A stretch of 64,000 nucleotides of DNA, taken from the IMG/VR virus record IMGVR_UViG_3300048929_000433, positions 1-64,000 of that record, one strand, 5' to 3'. A program made the translations under genes and the position numbers. The notes under the pieces are model-generated. The model was given only the letters and a program-made list of their open reading frames with translations. It was not told the origin of the DNA and made no database searches. The stretch comes from a virus. Each line of letters starts with the position of its first letter. The first letter of the stretch is position 1. This document shows positions 7,786 to 15,565 of the stretch, piece after piece.

Positions 7786-8445
7786 TCAATCAAACCTTTC
7801 GCCGTCCGCGGTGAATTCATAGGCGTTTGCCGCGATTGTCTCCGCCACGTTTTCATCGCTTATGGAAAAAAAGTATTCGTTCTGCAGCTGCAAATAAATC
7901 CAATCGGCGAAACCGCGCAACGCCTTAATCACTCTCACCTCGTTTTCGCGCGTCACCTCCTTTTCGTCGCCGTCCGCGTCCAATGCCGTGACGTCAACTT
8001 GCATCATGCCGCTATGGCAGTACCTATGCCCGGATAGCGTCACGTTTGCCGCTAAGCGTCGCTGATAAGTTTCCTGCAGCGCGTCCAGCTCCGCCGCGAT
8101 AGCGTGCAACGTCTCATCAGTAGGCGCGTAGGCCTTGACGCGCTCTAGCGCGGATCCGGTTTCGAACGAAACCAAATTGCCCTCAAAACTGGCGCCGTCG
8201 CCTTGTGACGAAAAGCCGGACCAATAGATAGCCGGCTCATGCCGGACCCTGCCGCTAACGGTTTTAATGTCGCGCTGCTTGAATTCGATTCCCAGGAGTC
8301 CAGCAATCGCTTGCGCGTCCTCAATGACGGTTTCAGAATAATGGTTATCGTCCGCGCTCGCTTCGCGGTACCAGTCGCGCGCCTTTGACTTCGCGCGCTC
8401 GCTCAATTCGCCGTACTGGTAAACCGTGGTTTCAACGACTCTCAT
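7786..8445 (-). CDS. hypothetical conserved phage/plasmid protein (219 aa)
   Basis: Start MRVVETTVYQYGELSERAKSKARDWYRE at 8445, forming an ATGA overlap with 8442..8717. Confidence 0.65.
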   Translation of the reverse strand: MRVVETTVYQYGELSERAKSKARDWYREASADDNHYSETVIEDAQAIAGLLGIEFKQRDIKTVSGRVRHEPAIYWSGFSSQGDGASFEGNLVSFETGSALERVKAYAPTDETLHAIAAELDALQETYQRRLAANVTLSGHRYCHSGMMQVDVTALDADGDEKEVTRENEVRVIKALRGFADWIYLQLQNEYFFSISDENVAETIAANAYEFTADGERFD

Positions 8446-8717
8446 GACTCGATTCCTTTTCCGTCCGAAAACTTGACGCCGCAACGTTCCATCGTTGCCT
8501 TGACGTTTGCCACATAAGCCGGGTTATCAGTCCGGGCCATTTCCGCCTTGAACGCGTCGCGCCACTTGGCAGGAATCGCGCGGCCGTTTTCCATATAGGC
8601 CAGCGGCCAAGCGGAATAATTCGGCGCGTCTTGCCTTGTGTCGGTTAGCGCGCAAGCGCTGCAATTATCCGGATCCTGTCCTTTGCAGCCCGGATAATGG
8701 CTGAATTCATTCGTCAT
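8442..8717 (-). CDS. hypothetical protein (91 aa)
   Basis: Track ORF behind promoter 8747-8775. Confidence 0.6.
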   Translation of the reverse strand: MTNEFSHYPGCKGQDPDNCSACALTDTRQDAPNYSAWPLAYMENGRAIPAKWRDAFKAEMARTDNPAYVANVKATMERCGVKFSDGKGIES

Positions 8718-8746
8718 TGTGCTTCCCTCTGTTTCCGTTGCCGGCT

Positions 8747-8775
8747 AGTTAGTACGTATCGCGTAACACGTCAAG
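8747..8775 (-). promoter_or_regulatory. early promoter copy 9
   Basis: CTTGAC-GTGTTACGCGATACGTA-CTAACT. Confidence 0.7.
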
Positions 8776-8782
8776 CGCTAAA

Positions 8783-8944
8783 TCAATGCGATTTAGGTTT
8801 GTATGGCGCGAAAAATTCATGGCCTATTTCGTCCGCCAGCGTTGCACCGTCGCCTCGTTTGCTCAATGCTGGCGCGTTTCGATCGGCCGCGGCCAGCGTC
8901 GCGCAAACGATACATATGCCGATAAGGTTTAGAATTATTTTCAT
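8783..8944 (-). CDS. possible small secreted protein or lipoprotein (53 aa)
   Basis: ATGA overlap with 8941..9186. Reads MKIILNLIGICIVCATLAAADRN... (signal-peptide-like; hand translated, below the track cutoff). Confidence 0.4.
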   Translation of the reverse strand: MKIILNLIGICIVCATLAAADRNAPALSKRGDGATLADEIGHEFFAPYKPKSH

Positions 8945-9186
8945 CCGGCCGGGCTTTCAATCAACGCGGTATAAGTCGAACAATCCGCGGCCAGCGTTCC
9001 GAATTGCCGCGCGTCATGCCAGCTCATAAAACCAGCGTCCTCACAATCGACTATCGATCCGCCTAGCCATTTGGCGAAAGCGTCTGCTTGCCGGATCTCC
9101 GAGTCTGCCATGTCGCCGCAATCGCCGTTGATGAAATAGCAAGCCCAATAACTCGGCGCCGTTCCTGTTACGGTTTCCAATGCCAT
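8941..9186 (-). CDS. hypothetical protein (81 aa)
   Basis: Track ORF. Confidence 0.55.
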   Translation of the reverse strand: MALETVTGTAPSYWACYFINGDCGDMADSEIRQADAFAKWLGGSIVDCEDAGFMSWHDARQFGTLAADCSTYTALIESPAG

Positions 9187-9189
9187 GAC

Positions 9190-9606
9190 TCAAACCTCCA
9201 ATTTCGTCACGGTTGATTCCAGCGTTTCCATATCTTTCAGAAAGTTTTCTTTGCGTCGCTGAATTGCGTCCCACGTTATTGACTTCGCGGCCGTCGCGTT
9301 GACCGCGTCCCACATTGCTTTTTCCGCCTGCCGCGACGTCCGAAACGCGCCTTCAAGATCCGTCCGGCTAATCACCGTTCCGAACAAATCGAAAAGCGTA
9401 TAGCGGAAACCGCGCCGGCTATTCTCAAAGTCCAAAGCGTCGCTTGTGACGATTGCGAACAAAAGCCCGGCATGCGTCGACCGCGCGGAAACGATTCGCG
9501 ACTTGTGAAAGCGCAACGTGTCCGGATCCACAAAATGAGTCCGTCCCATAAGATTCTTTTGCGCATTGATAGCCGGATGGCTCGATTGATTGCTGTAAAG
9601 TTCCAT
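9190..9606 (-). CDS. hypothetical protein (138 aa)
   Basis: Track ORF behind promoter 9636-9664. Confidence 0.6.
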   Translation of the reverse strand: MELYSNQSSHPAINAQKNLMGRTHFVDPDTLRFHKSRIVSARSTHAGLLFAIVTSDALDFENSRRGFRYTLFDLFGTVISRTDLEGAFRTSRQAEKAMWDAVNATAAKSITWDAIQRRKENFLKDMETLESTVTKLEV

Positions 9607-9635
9607 TGTCTCACCTCGTTTGTTTGATGGCTGTT

Positions 9636-9664
9636 ATCTAGTACGTATCTCGTACTATGTCAAG
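9636..9664 (-). promoter_or_regulatory. early promoter copy 10
   Basis: CTTGAC-ATAGTACGAGATACGTA-CTAGAT (perfect dyad). Confidence 0.7.
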
Positions 9665-9677
9665 CATGACTCAAAAA

Positions 9678-10070
9678 TCAGTCGCCGATATAAGCATACC
9701 AGCGGCCGTTATCGCCTTTGTAGATCATGCCGGAAACCTGACCTTGCTCCGCGGCTTTCTGATACTCCTCCTCCGAGTCGAAATGCTCCATTTCCCGGAT
9801 CCGGCTAGCAATCTCTTGCGTTACCAGCGCGTTCAAGTATGCGTCAGACCATGCCGCCATTTCGTCCGCGGACCATGCTCCGAATCCTTTGAAGTATCGC
9901 CGCGCGTTTTCCCGCATGGCCTCATCCGTCAAAAGCAAATGCTTTGCGGCATAGGCTAGCGAATTGTTCCAAGTAATTTTGCCAGCGTCCGGACCTAGCT
10001 CCGCCTGACTTCCCGACAATGTCGGCATATCGTCCGAGTCGTCGACCATATGCGTTATGTCAATTTCCAT
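9678..10070 (-). CDS. hypothetical acidic protein (130 aa)
   Basis: Track ORF behind promoter 10103-10131. Confidence 0.6.
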   Translation of the reverse strand: MEIDITHMVDDSDDMPTLSGSQAELGPDAGKITWNNSLAYAAKHLLLTDEAMRENARRYFKGFGAWSADEMAAWSDAYLNALVTQEIASRIREMEHFDSEEEYQKAAEQGQVSGMIYKGDNGRWYAYIGD

Positions 10071-10102
10071 TTGCCTGTTTCCCTCTGTTGCGTTCGATTG
10101 CT

Positions 10103-10131
10103 AGTTAGTACGTTATCCGTACTAAGTCAAG
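10103..10131 (-). promoter_or_regulatory. early promoter copy 11
   Basis: CTTGAC-TTAGTACGGATAACGTA-CTAACT (perfect dyad). Divergent from copy 12 across a 42-bp A/T-rich gap. Confidence 0.7.
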
Positions 10132-10173
10132 CGAACCGGCAAAAACTTTTTTCGAATCTTTTTCATCTTTTCG

Positions 10174-10202
10174 CTTGACGTTGTACGGACCGCGTACTAG
10201 AA
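10174..10202 (+). promoter_or_regulatory. early promoter copy 12 (rightward)
   Basis: CTTGAC-GTTGTACGGACCGCGTA-CTAGAA (perfect dyad). Confidence 0.65.
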
Positions 10203-10235
10203 CAGCGTCAACGGAAACCAGACGAAAGGCAAAAC

Positions 10236-10397
10236 ATGATAACGAAAACATTCGAACCGGTCCGGCCACTCGCCGCGCCAGACAACGGCTCCGCCTTCTA
10301 TCATGTCGGAGTTTTCGGCCAGCAGCGCGTTCACTATGGCGAAAGCCATTGGCCAAGCCGCGGCTATTGGATGGTCCCCGGAACAACCGGGGACTGA
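10236..10397 (+). CDS. possible 53-aa ORF downstream of promoter copy 12
   Basis: ATG with AAAGG 7 nt upstream. Reads MITKTFEPVRPLAAPDNGSAFYHVGVF... (hand translated). Could instead be the 5' part of a non-coding RNA. Confidence 0.3.
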   Translation: MITKTFEPVRPLAAPDNGSAFYHVGVFGQQRVHYGESHWPSRGYWMVPGTTGD

Positions 10398-10430
10398 CCG
10401 GCCGGCGGCGCCGTCCCGCGGGCCCGCCGC

Positions 10431-10569
10431 GGGGACGCGCACAGGGGACACGCTCCGGGGACGCGCACAGGGGACACGCTCCGGGGAGTCAGTACGCACA
10501 GGGGATGGGCTCCGGGGACACGCACAGGGGATACGCACAGGGGACACGCACAGGGGATGGGCTCCGGGG
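10431..10569 (+). repeat. 11 GGGG runs with 13-nt period (tandem 13/26-bp repeat array)
   Basis: GGGG at 10431, 10444, 10457, 10470, 10483, 10501, 10514, 10527, 10540, 10553 and 10566. Units are ACGCGCACAGGGG / ACACGCTCCGGGG. Confidence 0.9.
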
Positions 10570-10574
10570 AAGCG

Positions 10575-10814
10575 CTACGGCGCTGCATCCGGATCGGTCC
10601 GCAGCTCCTCACTCGCCTCGAACAGATCAGCCTGCCTGTAATCACGCACGGTCACGACCTCCCAACCGTACCTGGCGCAATACTCCCACACTCGCTGCCC
10701 TGACCAGCCTTTCAGGAAGCGTAGGATCGGCGCCGTCGTGACCACCTTGTCATCGATCAGCACGATGCCGGCGACGAATCTGCGGGTGCGGATCTGCACC
10801 AGGGTCTCGTTCAT
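10575..10814 (-). CDS. hypothetical protein (79 aa)
   Basis: Start moved to MNETLVQ (10814), which has GAGGG upstream. Confidence 0.55.
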   Translation of the reverse strand: MNETLVQIRTRRFVAGIVLIDDKVVTTAPILRFLKGWSGQRVWEYCARYGWEVVTVRDYRQADLFEASEELRTDPDAAP

Positions 10815-10871
10815 GATGGCCCTCAAACGACATCGCAAAAATTAACACGCTAGTCCCTTGGGTTTTTGCCG

Positions 10872-11007
10872 ATGCCTCTATGGTTTCGATGATGCCTCCA
10901 TGGTTTTGGCATGCCTCAATGGTTTCGGGCATGCCTCCATGGTTTCGCGATGCCTCTATGGTTTCGGCATGCCTCCATGGTTTTTGCCATCGATGCCTCT
11001 ATGGTTT
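10872..11007. repeat. 7 direct repeats ATGCCTCNATGGTTT at 19-24-bp spacing (iteron-like)
   Basis: Copies at 10872, 10892, 10911, 10931, 10950, 10969 and 10993. Confidence 0.9.
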
Positions 11008-11607
11008 CACGATCGCGCTTGGCCTTGATACGGATTTCGTACCGGACTTCTGTGTGCTCCCGACTTTCGCGCGCTGGCCTTGCGTCGACCAGAACGCGGC
11101 CAGCATCTGCAAGCCGGCGCGCAACGCTTCGATCTCAGTGAAACCGACCGGCGCCAGATCTCGCTCGCAGACCGCTTCGACAACGCGCACGGAAGCCGCA
11201 CCAGCGTGCCCGAGCGCCACGATGCCGCTCTCGTAGTCCTCGACCTTGCGCGCGTGCCTACGGGCTTCCCTGGCGCCTGACGCCGTATCCGGATCCGGGC
11301 TGGTACCGCCCGACGGATCGAGTGCGGCCGTTCGCGGTGCGCGCGGCGCCAGCGTCGCTTGCGCATACTCCTCGACCATCCGGCACCAACGTCGGCCGGC
11401 GGCGTACTGCGTCTCGGAGATCCGACCAGCCAGGTACAGCCGCCCGAGCATCGTGCCCCACTCCGCCGGCCGCATGCCGGCGACCGCGGCATCCATCAAT
11501 CGGCGGGTCTCCGTCGGCGGCGGCAAGGCCTGTTCCCGATGTTGTGCCCGAGCCCGCTGCGGCTTGCCGTTAGCCTCCCGCCGGACCAGGTTCTTACGCT
11601 TACCCAT
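10999..11607 (-). CDS. hypothetical protein (202 aa)
   Basis: Track ORF. Its 3' end runs into the last iteron. No motif recognised. Confidence 0.55.
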   Translation of the reverse strand: MGKRKNLVRREANGKPQRARAQHREQALPPPTETRRLMDAAVAGMRPAEWGTMLGRLYLAGRISETQYAAGRRWCRMVEEYAQATLAPRAPRTAALDPSGGTSPDPDTASGAREARRHARKVEDYESGIVALGHAGAASVRVVEAVCERDLAPVGFTEIEALRAGLQMLAAFWSTQGQRAKVGSTQKSGTKSVSRPSAIVKP

Positions 11608-11608
11608 C

Positions 11609-11902
11609 TCAACCTTCCTCCGTTGCCGTCATCCGCTCGACGTTGACCACGGTCGCCGTCGAGGTGACCAGGAACGGCGCCAGCTGTTCGGCCGCGATCT
11701 CCTGGCGCAGCTTCTTGCTGTCGATCCGCTCGGACGTCACCTTCGAGATCCTGGCGACGAACTCATCGCCGACCAGCTCGACCTTGCCGGCGATCAGTTC
11801 CGCTTTCAGCTCATCCTCGCGCCGCTTGAGTTCCTTCATCCGCTCCCGGACGTCGGCCAGCTCATCGGGCGGCTTTCGGTTGGTTTGCGTCATGTCAGCC
11901 AT
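11609..11902 (-). CDS. hypothetical coiled-coil protein (97 aa)
   Basis: Track ORF; charged heptad-like sequence. Confidence 0.6.
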   Translation of the reverse strand: MADMTQTNRKPPDELADVRERMKELKRREDELKAELIAGKVELVGDEFVARISKVTSERIDSKKLRQEIAAEQLAPFLVTSTATVVNVERMTATEEG

Positions 11903-11949
11903 CCTGTCTCATACGCACCGACCGCACCGGCCTCCCCCTATAGGGATAG

Positions 11950-12127
11950 GTACCGGTACGGTACGGCTGTAAACTGCCGTCCGTACCTAAAACGTACCGC
12001 GGACTTTCGTGAACGTTTTCATCGACTTACTTTCACTTTGTACCGGACCGGACCGGCACCGTACCGGCCCGGTACGAGGCTCAAAATCGTACCGGTAGTA
12101 TAATGGTAGTGTTTGGTATTTTGGTAC
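11950..12127. repeat. cluster of 10 GTAC-core motifs (mostly GTACCG/CGGTAC) in 178 bp of intergenic DNA
   Basis: GTAC at 11950, 11956, 11961, 11983, 11994, 12040, 12061, 12072, 12089 and 12124. Confidence 0.85.
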
Positions 12128-12130
12128 CGC

Positions 12131-14191
12131 TCACTCGTCATCATCGTCGTCCTTATCCTTCGAGTTCCACTTGACGCCAATGACCTTGGAACCCTTCCGG
12201 GTCAGCCGATATTTCGACCCCTCGAACCGATAGATCAGCTTGTCCGCCTTGAGCCGCTCGACGATCCGCTGCACCTTGGTCTTGGCCGGCCGGCCATCCG
12301 GCCACAGCCACCCCGCCCCCCGCGCGATCGACGCCATCGAGGCCTGCTTGTCGACATGGATCAGGCGCAGCACCGTGCGCGCTTCCTCCTCGGCGACCTT
12401 CTCCTTGCGCTCGGCGCCGGCATCGGTGATGGGCACCGCCACCACGCAGCTCATCAGCCGGCCACGGGCGTCCTTGACCTTCTCGCAGGTGGCGCCGCGC
12501 AGATCGAAGTTCATCGCCTCGAACTCGGGCCCGCGGAACTTGCCCTGCCAGTGCAGCGACGTCTGCTTGTCGGCCTCCGACCACAGGATCAGGTTGCCGT
12601 CGACCTCGTTGACGAATGCCGAGCCGCCCAACGGCAGCAGATTGTCCGGCGCCGCGTTCTTGACGGGATGGCAATTCACCACCACCGCCGGCCGCCCCGG
12701 CAGCTTGATCAGCTCGCGCAGCAGCCGCGCAAAGTCGCCCTGCTGGGCGTTGTCGTTGGAGTCCTGGCCGGAGTAATAGGCCGCCGCGGTGTCGACGATC
12801 ACCAGCACCAGGTCCGGAATCTCGGTTGCTTCCTCGCGGATCTTCGGCAGGCTGGCGGCGATCGGAATCACGCCGTCGATGAAATAGAACGGCACCGTCT
12901 CGGGATCGAACTTCTCATGATCGGCCAGCACCAGGTAACGCGCGCGAATGTCGTCGGCGTTCTCGCCGGCCAGGAATAGTACGCTGCCCTGGAACGTCTC
13001 GCGGCCATGGAAGGGCAACCCCCTCGCCACCGCCTGCCCGAGATACATCGAGACCGCGGTCTTGCCGTGGTTGGTGCGCGCGGTCAGGCTGTAGAGATAG
13101 CTGCGCTGGATTACGCCATCGATCAGGTACTGCGGCGCGTTGAAGCCCTTGATGAATTGCCGCGCCGACAGGATCAGGCCGTGATTGTTCTCGGTCGAGA
13201 CCTCGACGGCATTATCAAGATACGGCATCGGATCTTCGCCGGCCTTGATGCAGTCGCCGCAATCCCACTTCTCCGGCTTGTCACCCGGCACCACCACGAT
13301 CCAGATCTTGCAGCCCATGCTCATCAGCTTGGCCGCCGCGGCGTGCGCAAATTCATGCCCGGCCTTGTCGTTGTCAGGCCAGATGCAGATTTTCTTCATC
13401 GCCAGCGGCAGCCAGTTGGTCTTGTCGACCGCATTGGCGCCGCCCATGATCGTCGTTGTCGTCACGCCGAACGCCGCCAGGGCGTCCGCCTTGCCCTCGC
13501 CCTCGACCAGCACGACGTTGTCGGCGTTGACGATCTCCGGCCAGTGATACAGCGGACGAACGCCAGATGCCGGCGAGCCGATCATCCATTTCTTTTCGCC
13601 GTCGATCTCGCGGAAGCACCAGGGCCGGAACGTTTTCGGTTCATAGCGCGTGACGCCGGCAATCACATTGCCTTCGGCATCGAGATATTTGTAGGTGGCG
13701 ATCGGAGCGCCGAGCACCTCCTCCTCGGTCTTGGGCTTGGTACCCCATCGCACGCTGTCGGCCAGGATCTTCTGTGCCGGGCTCTGCTCACGGTGCGACC
13801 GCCACACGTCCCGCTCGATCGGATCATGGAAATAGTCGGCGGCGATCTCGCGCAATGAACGATCGAAATTCACATTGCCGCTGTAGCCCATATAGCCGCG
13901 GTACAGCGCTATAAGATCGCCACCTTCATCGGTGGCGTGATCGAACCATTGCCCTGCCTTGGCGCCGCCCAACTCGATACACAACGATTCTCCGGCCTCA
14001 CCATAGATGTTGCCGATCCTGGCCTCATGCCGGCTGATGAACGCGCGTCCGGAATACAGCCACATGACGAACCCGCGCACGTCCTCGGCGAGGCGCGCGC
14101 GAATGTCCGCCACCTTGACGTCACCACCCGCATGACTTCGCGGAGCGGAATCTGCCTGCTGCGGTGGTGCGTTGTTGAGATCAATAACCAT
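12131..14191 (-). CDS. bifunctional DNA primase/helicase-type replication protein (Toprim domain plus RepA/DnaB-like ATPase)
   Basis: Toprim acidic motifs VLVEGEGKADAL and WPDNDKAGHEFA. P-loop-like ARTNHGKTAVSMYL, followed by a RecA-like region. 686 aa. Confidence 0.88.
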   Translation of the reverse strand: MVIDLNNAPPQQADSAPRSHAGGDVKVADIRARLAEDVRGFVMWLYSGRAFISRHEARIGNIYGEAGESLCIELGGAKAGQWFDHATDEGGDLIALYRGYMGYSGNVNFDRSLREIAADYFHDPIERDVWRSHREQSPAQKILADSVRWGTKPKTEEEVLGAPIATYKYLDAEGNVIAGVTRYEPKTFRPWCFREIDGEKKWMIGSPASGVRPLYHWPEIVNADNVVLVEGEGKADALAAFGVTTTTIMGGANAVDKTNWLPLAMKKICIWPDNDKAGHEFAHAAAAKLMSMGCKIWIVVVPGDKPEKWDCGDCIKAGEDPMPYLDNAVEVSTENNHGLILSARQFIKGFNAPQYLIDGVIQRSYLYSLTARTNHGKTAVSMYLGQAVARGLPFHGRETFQGSVLFLAGENADDIRARYLVLADHEKFDPETVPFYFIDGVIPIAASLPKIREEATEIPDLVLVIVDTAAAYYSGQDSNDNAQQGDFARLLRELIKLPGRPAVVVNCHPVKNAAPDNLLPLGGSAFVNEVDGNLILWSEADKQTSLHWQGKFRGPEFEAMNFDLRGATCEKVKDARGRLMSCVVAVPITDAGAERKEKVAEEEARTVLRLIHVDKQASMASIARGAGWLWPDGRPAKTKVQRIVERLKADKLIYRFEGSKYRLTRKGSKVIGVKWNSKDKDDDDDE

Positions 14192-14642
14192 ACCTTCTGA
14201 AACCGCTCCTATTCGGCCGGTTCGCGTTGGTTGCCACCTTGGTCAGGATCCGCATCGCGATAGCCTTTTGCTTCTCGCTCAGCGCATCGTCGCGGACGTA
14301 TTTTTGAGTGACGCTCTCCAGGAATCCTTGCTCCCATTCGGTGACCAGATCGCCGTAAGACTCCATCACCTGGCGCAAATGCTGGAGCATTTCATCATCA
14401 TCACCGGAACCATTCGGTTGCGGATTCGGCTGCGGTTTCGGGTTTGGTTGCGGCCGTGCCTGTTGTTGTTGCCGAGCCCCACCCGCCTGTGCCTGGCACA
14501 ATTCCGGAATCGTCATCTTGTAGCCGGCCGCCATCTTCGCCAGCATCGCGCTCGCGGTGGCGCGCTCGCCATCGAAATCACTACTCAGCATGCCGAGCAA
14601 CTTGTCACGTCGTTTCAGATCGTCGTCGCTGATCATGGCCAT
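14181..14642 (-). CDS. hypothetical protein (153 aa) with a Gln/Pro-rich linker
   Basis: Track ORF. Confidence 0.6.
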   Translation of the reverse strand: MAMISDDDLKRRDKLLGMLSSDFDGERATASAMLAKMAAGYKMTIPELCQAQAGGARQQQQARPQPNPKPQPNPQPNGSGDDDEMLQHLRQVMESYGDLVTEWEQGFLESVTQKYVRDDALSEKQKAIAMRILTKVATNANRPNRSGFRRYGY

Positions 14643-14645
14643 GTC

Positions 14646-15380
14646 TCAATGGTTCAAGCTCCAGCAATACGGTGAGTGACTGCACATCTTGCAGCGCCAG
14701 TCCGATGGGCCCTTCTCGGTAATGCGTGGCAGCAGCTCGCCGGCTTGCGTGGCGCGAATGATCGCCACCGCACGATCGCTGGCCTGCTGTGCAGCCTGCC
14801 CGTCGAATGCGATCGTCAGCGCCAGCAAGTGGCAGGTGTTGGCGTTTTCGGCGGTGAACAGCGCCGGATGCTCATCCAATCCGAGATAGCCCATGTAGAG
14901 CTGGCACTGATCGAAATAGACCGGATAGGCGGCGTGCAGACCGTACTTCTCGATTTTCTTCCAGCCGGCGTCGCCGAGACACTTGTGCTCCCACAAGCAC
15001 GGATAGGTCAGCGTGCGAATCCGCGGACCACCATGGATACGGCCGTCGCAATGGCCCTTGAACAAGCCGCCGACCATGCTGAACTCGGTTCCTGGTGTGC
15101 CACGCTCTATTTGAAAACCCGCCCGCCGCATTGAGGCTGCGCATTTTTCTTCCGATGCGTGGCCGCGATCAAAGATCCGCCGCGTCCGCGCCGGGAAAAC
15201 CGAATCCCGCTGCCAATCGAACTGCACCTTGCGCGGACATTCAGAGCCGATCCCGCTGGCGCCGAGATACTCACGCTTCTCCTCACGCTCATGGATCAGC
15301 TCAGCCGCGTCCAGCGCGGCGTTGAAGTCGTCATTCAATTCGGTCGAGACCGGCGAGTTGAGATCGATGACAACCATCAC
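14646..15380 (-). CDS. PD-(D/E)XK nuclease, Cas4/RecB-like with Cys cluster
   Basis: Motifs CDGRI ... WEHK (D...EXK) plus C-terminal CKMCSHSPYC and an N-terminal Cys, matching the Cas4-like 4-Cys pattern. Confidence 0.8.
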   Translation of the reverse strand: MMVVIDLNSPVSTELNDDFNAALDAAELIHEREEKREYLGASGIGSECPRKVQFDWQRDSVFPARTRRIFDRGHASEEKCAASMRRAGFQIERGTPGTEFSMVGGLFKGHCDGRIHGGPRIRTLTYPCLWEHKCLGDAGWKKIEKYGLHAAYPVYFDQCQLYMGYLGLDEHPALFTAENANTCHLLALTIAFDGQAAQQASDRAVAIIRATQAGELLPRITEKGPSDWRCKMCSHSPYCWSLNH

Positions 15381-15565
15381 ACCTCCTCATCCGCCGGCAG
15401 CTGCACCTCAACTCTCGAAGTCTCATAGATCGCGCCGCTCGCCACCCGGAACAGGCTCGACCCGATGAATGATTTTTCCAGCGTCTGCCGCACCCAGCTC
15501 TCGCGACCCTCATAGACGATGGTGCGCGTCACCCGGATCCGCGGCTCATCAGAACGGGACGTCAT
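15377..15565 (-). CDS. hypothetical protein (62 aa)
   Basis: Track ORF, overlap-coupled on both sides. Confidence 0.45.
   Translation of the reverse strand: MTSRSDEPRIRVTRTIVYEGRESWVRQTLEKSFIGSSLFRVASGAIYETSRVEVQLPADEEV

Noticed and set aside
10248-10262. tRNA T-loop-like GGTTCGAAT on the minus strand
   Set aside because: There are no complementary T-stem, acceptor or anticodon arms around it. No tRNA was detected anywhere in the window by eye.
10431-11007. Possible CRISPR array (two sets of short direct repeats)
   Set aside because: The repeats are 13-15 bp with 0-9 bp between them, far from 28-37-bp repeats with about 30-bp unique spacers. No cas genes are present.
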